Shown here: in pieces, positions 63,045 through 64,000 of the stretch
Layout of the letters: every line of letters begins with the position of its first letter
How positions within the stretch are numbered: position 1 is the first letter of the stretch
Assembly (NCBI GenBank): GCA_902798595.1
Contig: CADBXE010000003.1
Coordinates: 10,792 to 74,791, forward strand
Length of the DNA stretch: 64,000 nucleotides
Source: an uncultured Erysipelotrichaceae bacterium
GTDB lineage: Bacteria > Bacillota_I > Bacilli_A > RFN20 > CAG-826
Direction: 5' to 3'
Translations under genes and position numbers: made by a program
Notes under the pieces: model-generated
Database searches by the model: none
What the model saw: only the letters and a program-made list of their open reading frames with translations
What the model was told of the DNA's origin: nothing

Positions 63045-64000
63045 ATGAAAGATTATTTAGCAACATATCAAGAATGGCTTAATAGTGATCTTCTTAGCAA
63101 AGAAGAAAAGGAAGAACTCCTTTCCATTAAAGATAATGAAGAAGCAATTAAAGACCGTTTCTATAAAGACTTAACATTTGGTACTGGTGGTTTACGTGGT
63201 GTCATGGAAATCGGCACCAATCGCATGAATAGATTTGTCATTAGAAGAGCCAGCCAAGGCTTAGCTAACTTCTTAAACAAGAAATACGATAAACCAAGTG
63301 TCGCGATTGCTTATGATAGCCGTAACCATAGTGATGAATTCGCTAAAGAGACAGCATCTGTTTTAGCGGCTAATAACATCAAAGTGTATTTATATAAAGA
63401 GCTCATGCCAACGCCAGCGTTATCATTCGCCACTAGATATTTTAAGTGTCAAGCGGGTGTCGTAGTTACAGCATCCCATAACCCAAAGATTTATAACGGT
63501 TATAAGGCGTATGGCTCTGATGGCTGTCAATGTACCGATGAACTCGCGAATGGTATCTATCAAGAAATCATTGTCTTAGATATGTTTAAAGACGTGAAGG
63601 TCGGTGACTTTGACGCTTTAGTGAAAAATAATCAAATTAGCTTAATTGGTGATGACTGCTTTAGAGCGTTCATCGATAGCAATAAGAAGCAATCAATCTA
63701 TAACGAAAATAGAAACATCAAAATCATCTATACCCCTCTTAATGGAGCGGGTCGTAAGTGTGTCACCACAATCTTAAAAGAAGATGGTTTTGAAGATGTC
63801 CGAGTGGTCAAAGAACAAGAAATGCCTGATGGTAATTTCCCAACTTGCCCATATCCAAATCCAGAAATCCATGAAGCCTTAAAGTTAGGTATTGATAAAT
63901 TAGTGAATGAACAAGCGGATATACTCGTCGCTACTGACCCTGATAGTGATAGATGTGGTGTAGTAGTGAACACTAAAGATGGCCCACACATCTTAACGGG
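63045..64000 (+). CDS. Phosphoglucomutase/phosphomannomutase (alpha-D-phosphohexomutase), 3' end outside the window
   Basis: Hand translation from the ATG at 63045: MKDYLATYQEWLNSDLLSKEEKEELL...FGTGGLRGVMEIGTNRMN...VVVTASHNPKIYNGYK (catalytic Ser loop). The reading frame is open to the window end, so it is absent from the ORF track. Confidence 0.85.
   Translation, partial: MKDYLATYQEWLNSDLLSKEEKEELLSIKDNEEAIKDRFYKDLTFGTGGLRGVMEIGTNRMNRFVIRRASQGLANFLNKKYDKPSVAIAYDSRNHSDEFAKETASVLAANNIKVYLYKELMPTPALSFATRYFKCQAGVVVTASHNPKIYNGYKAYGSDGCQCTDELANGIYQEIIVLDMFKDVKVGDFDALVKNNQISLIGDDCFRAFIDSNKKQSIYNENRNIKIIYTPLNGAGRKCVTTILKEDGFEDVRVVKEQEMPDGNFPTCPYPNPEIHEALKLGIDKLVNEQADILVATDPDSDRCGVVVNTKDGPHILT

Overview
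This 64-kb window is visibly AT-rich and coded almost entirely on the + strand; only 4 genes are on the minus strand. It reads cleanly with the standard code: TGG is used for Trp throughout, and TGA ends the 15828-17708 ORF one base before the next ATG. There are about 50 protein genes. I recognise no rRNA, tRNA, CRISPR array, transposase or integrase. Many Cys-lipobox lipoproteins with long Ser/Thr-rich linkers, Listeria-Bacteroides-type repeats and surface endonuclease-I paralogues suggest a low-GC Firmicutes/Mollicutes-like organism (Acholeplasma- or Erysipelotrichia-like); this is inference only.

Layout:
(i) 1-7.3 kb: GGDEF cyclase, two adjacent radical-SAM enzymes, a CotH-like lipoprotein and an AraC regulator.
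(ii) 7.6-15.7 kb: three paralogous membrane-anchored surface proteins sharing a ~330-aa C-terminal module. Two carry endonuclease-I domains. Two untracked paralogous micro-ORFs (39 and 46 aa) lie between them.
(iii) 15.8-30.8 kb: an accessory stretch. It holds an ASCH-PIN-GNAT-ASCH 626-aa protein with an ASCH partner, and a cyclase-less RiPP-like cassette (HprK-like kinase, PqqD, S24/S26 peptidase, Fic, ABC exporter, PF14907-type nucleotidyltransferase). It also holds a MacB-type ABC, a FucI-like isomerase, a frameshifted higB with intact higA, orphan lipoprotein/membrane proteins and a Tyr phosphatase.
(iv) 31-39.5 kb: a four-gene Ser-rich lipoprotein operon.
(v) 39.6 kb: guanine deaminase.
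(vi) 40.9-64 kb: a Gram-positive polysaccharide-utilisation locus with two GH130 phosphorylases, three esterases, LacI, an LplABC-type importer, CBM-rich lipoproteins, an over-long MsmK-type ATPase and a phosphohexomutase.

The best candidates for something undescribed are the PqqD/kinase/NTase/Fic cassette taken together with the two lasso-leader-like micro-ORFs, and the ASCH-PIN-GNAT-ASCH two-gene module.
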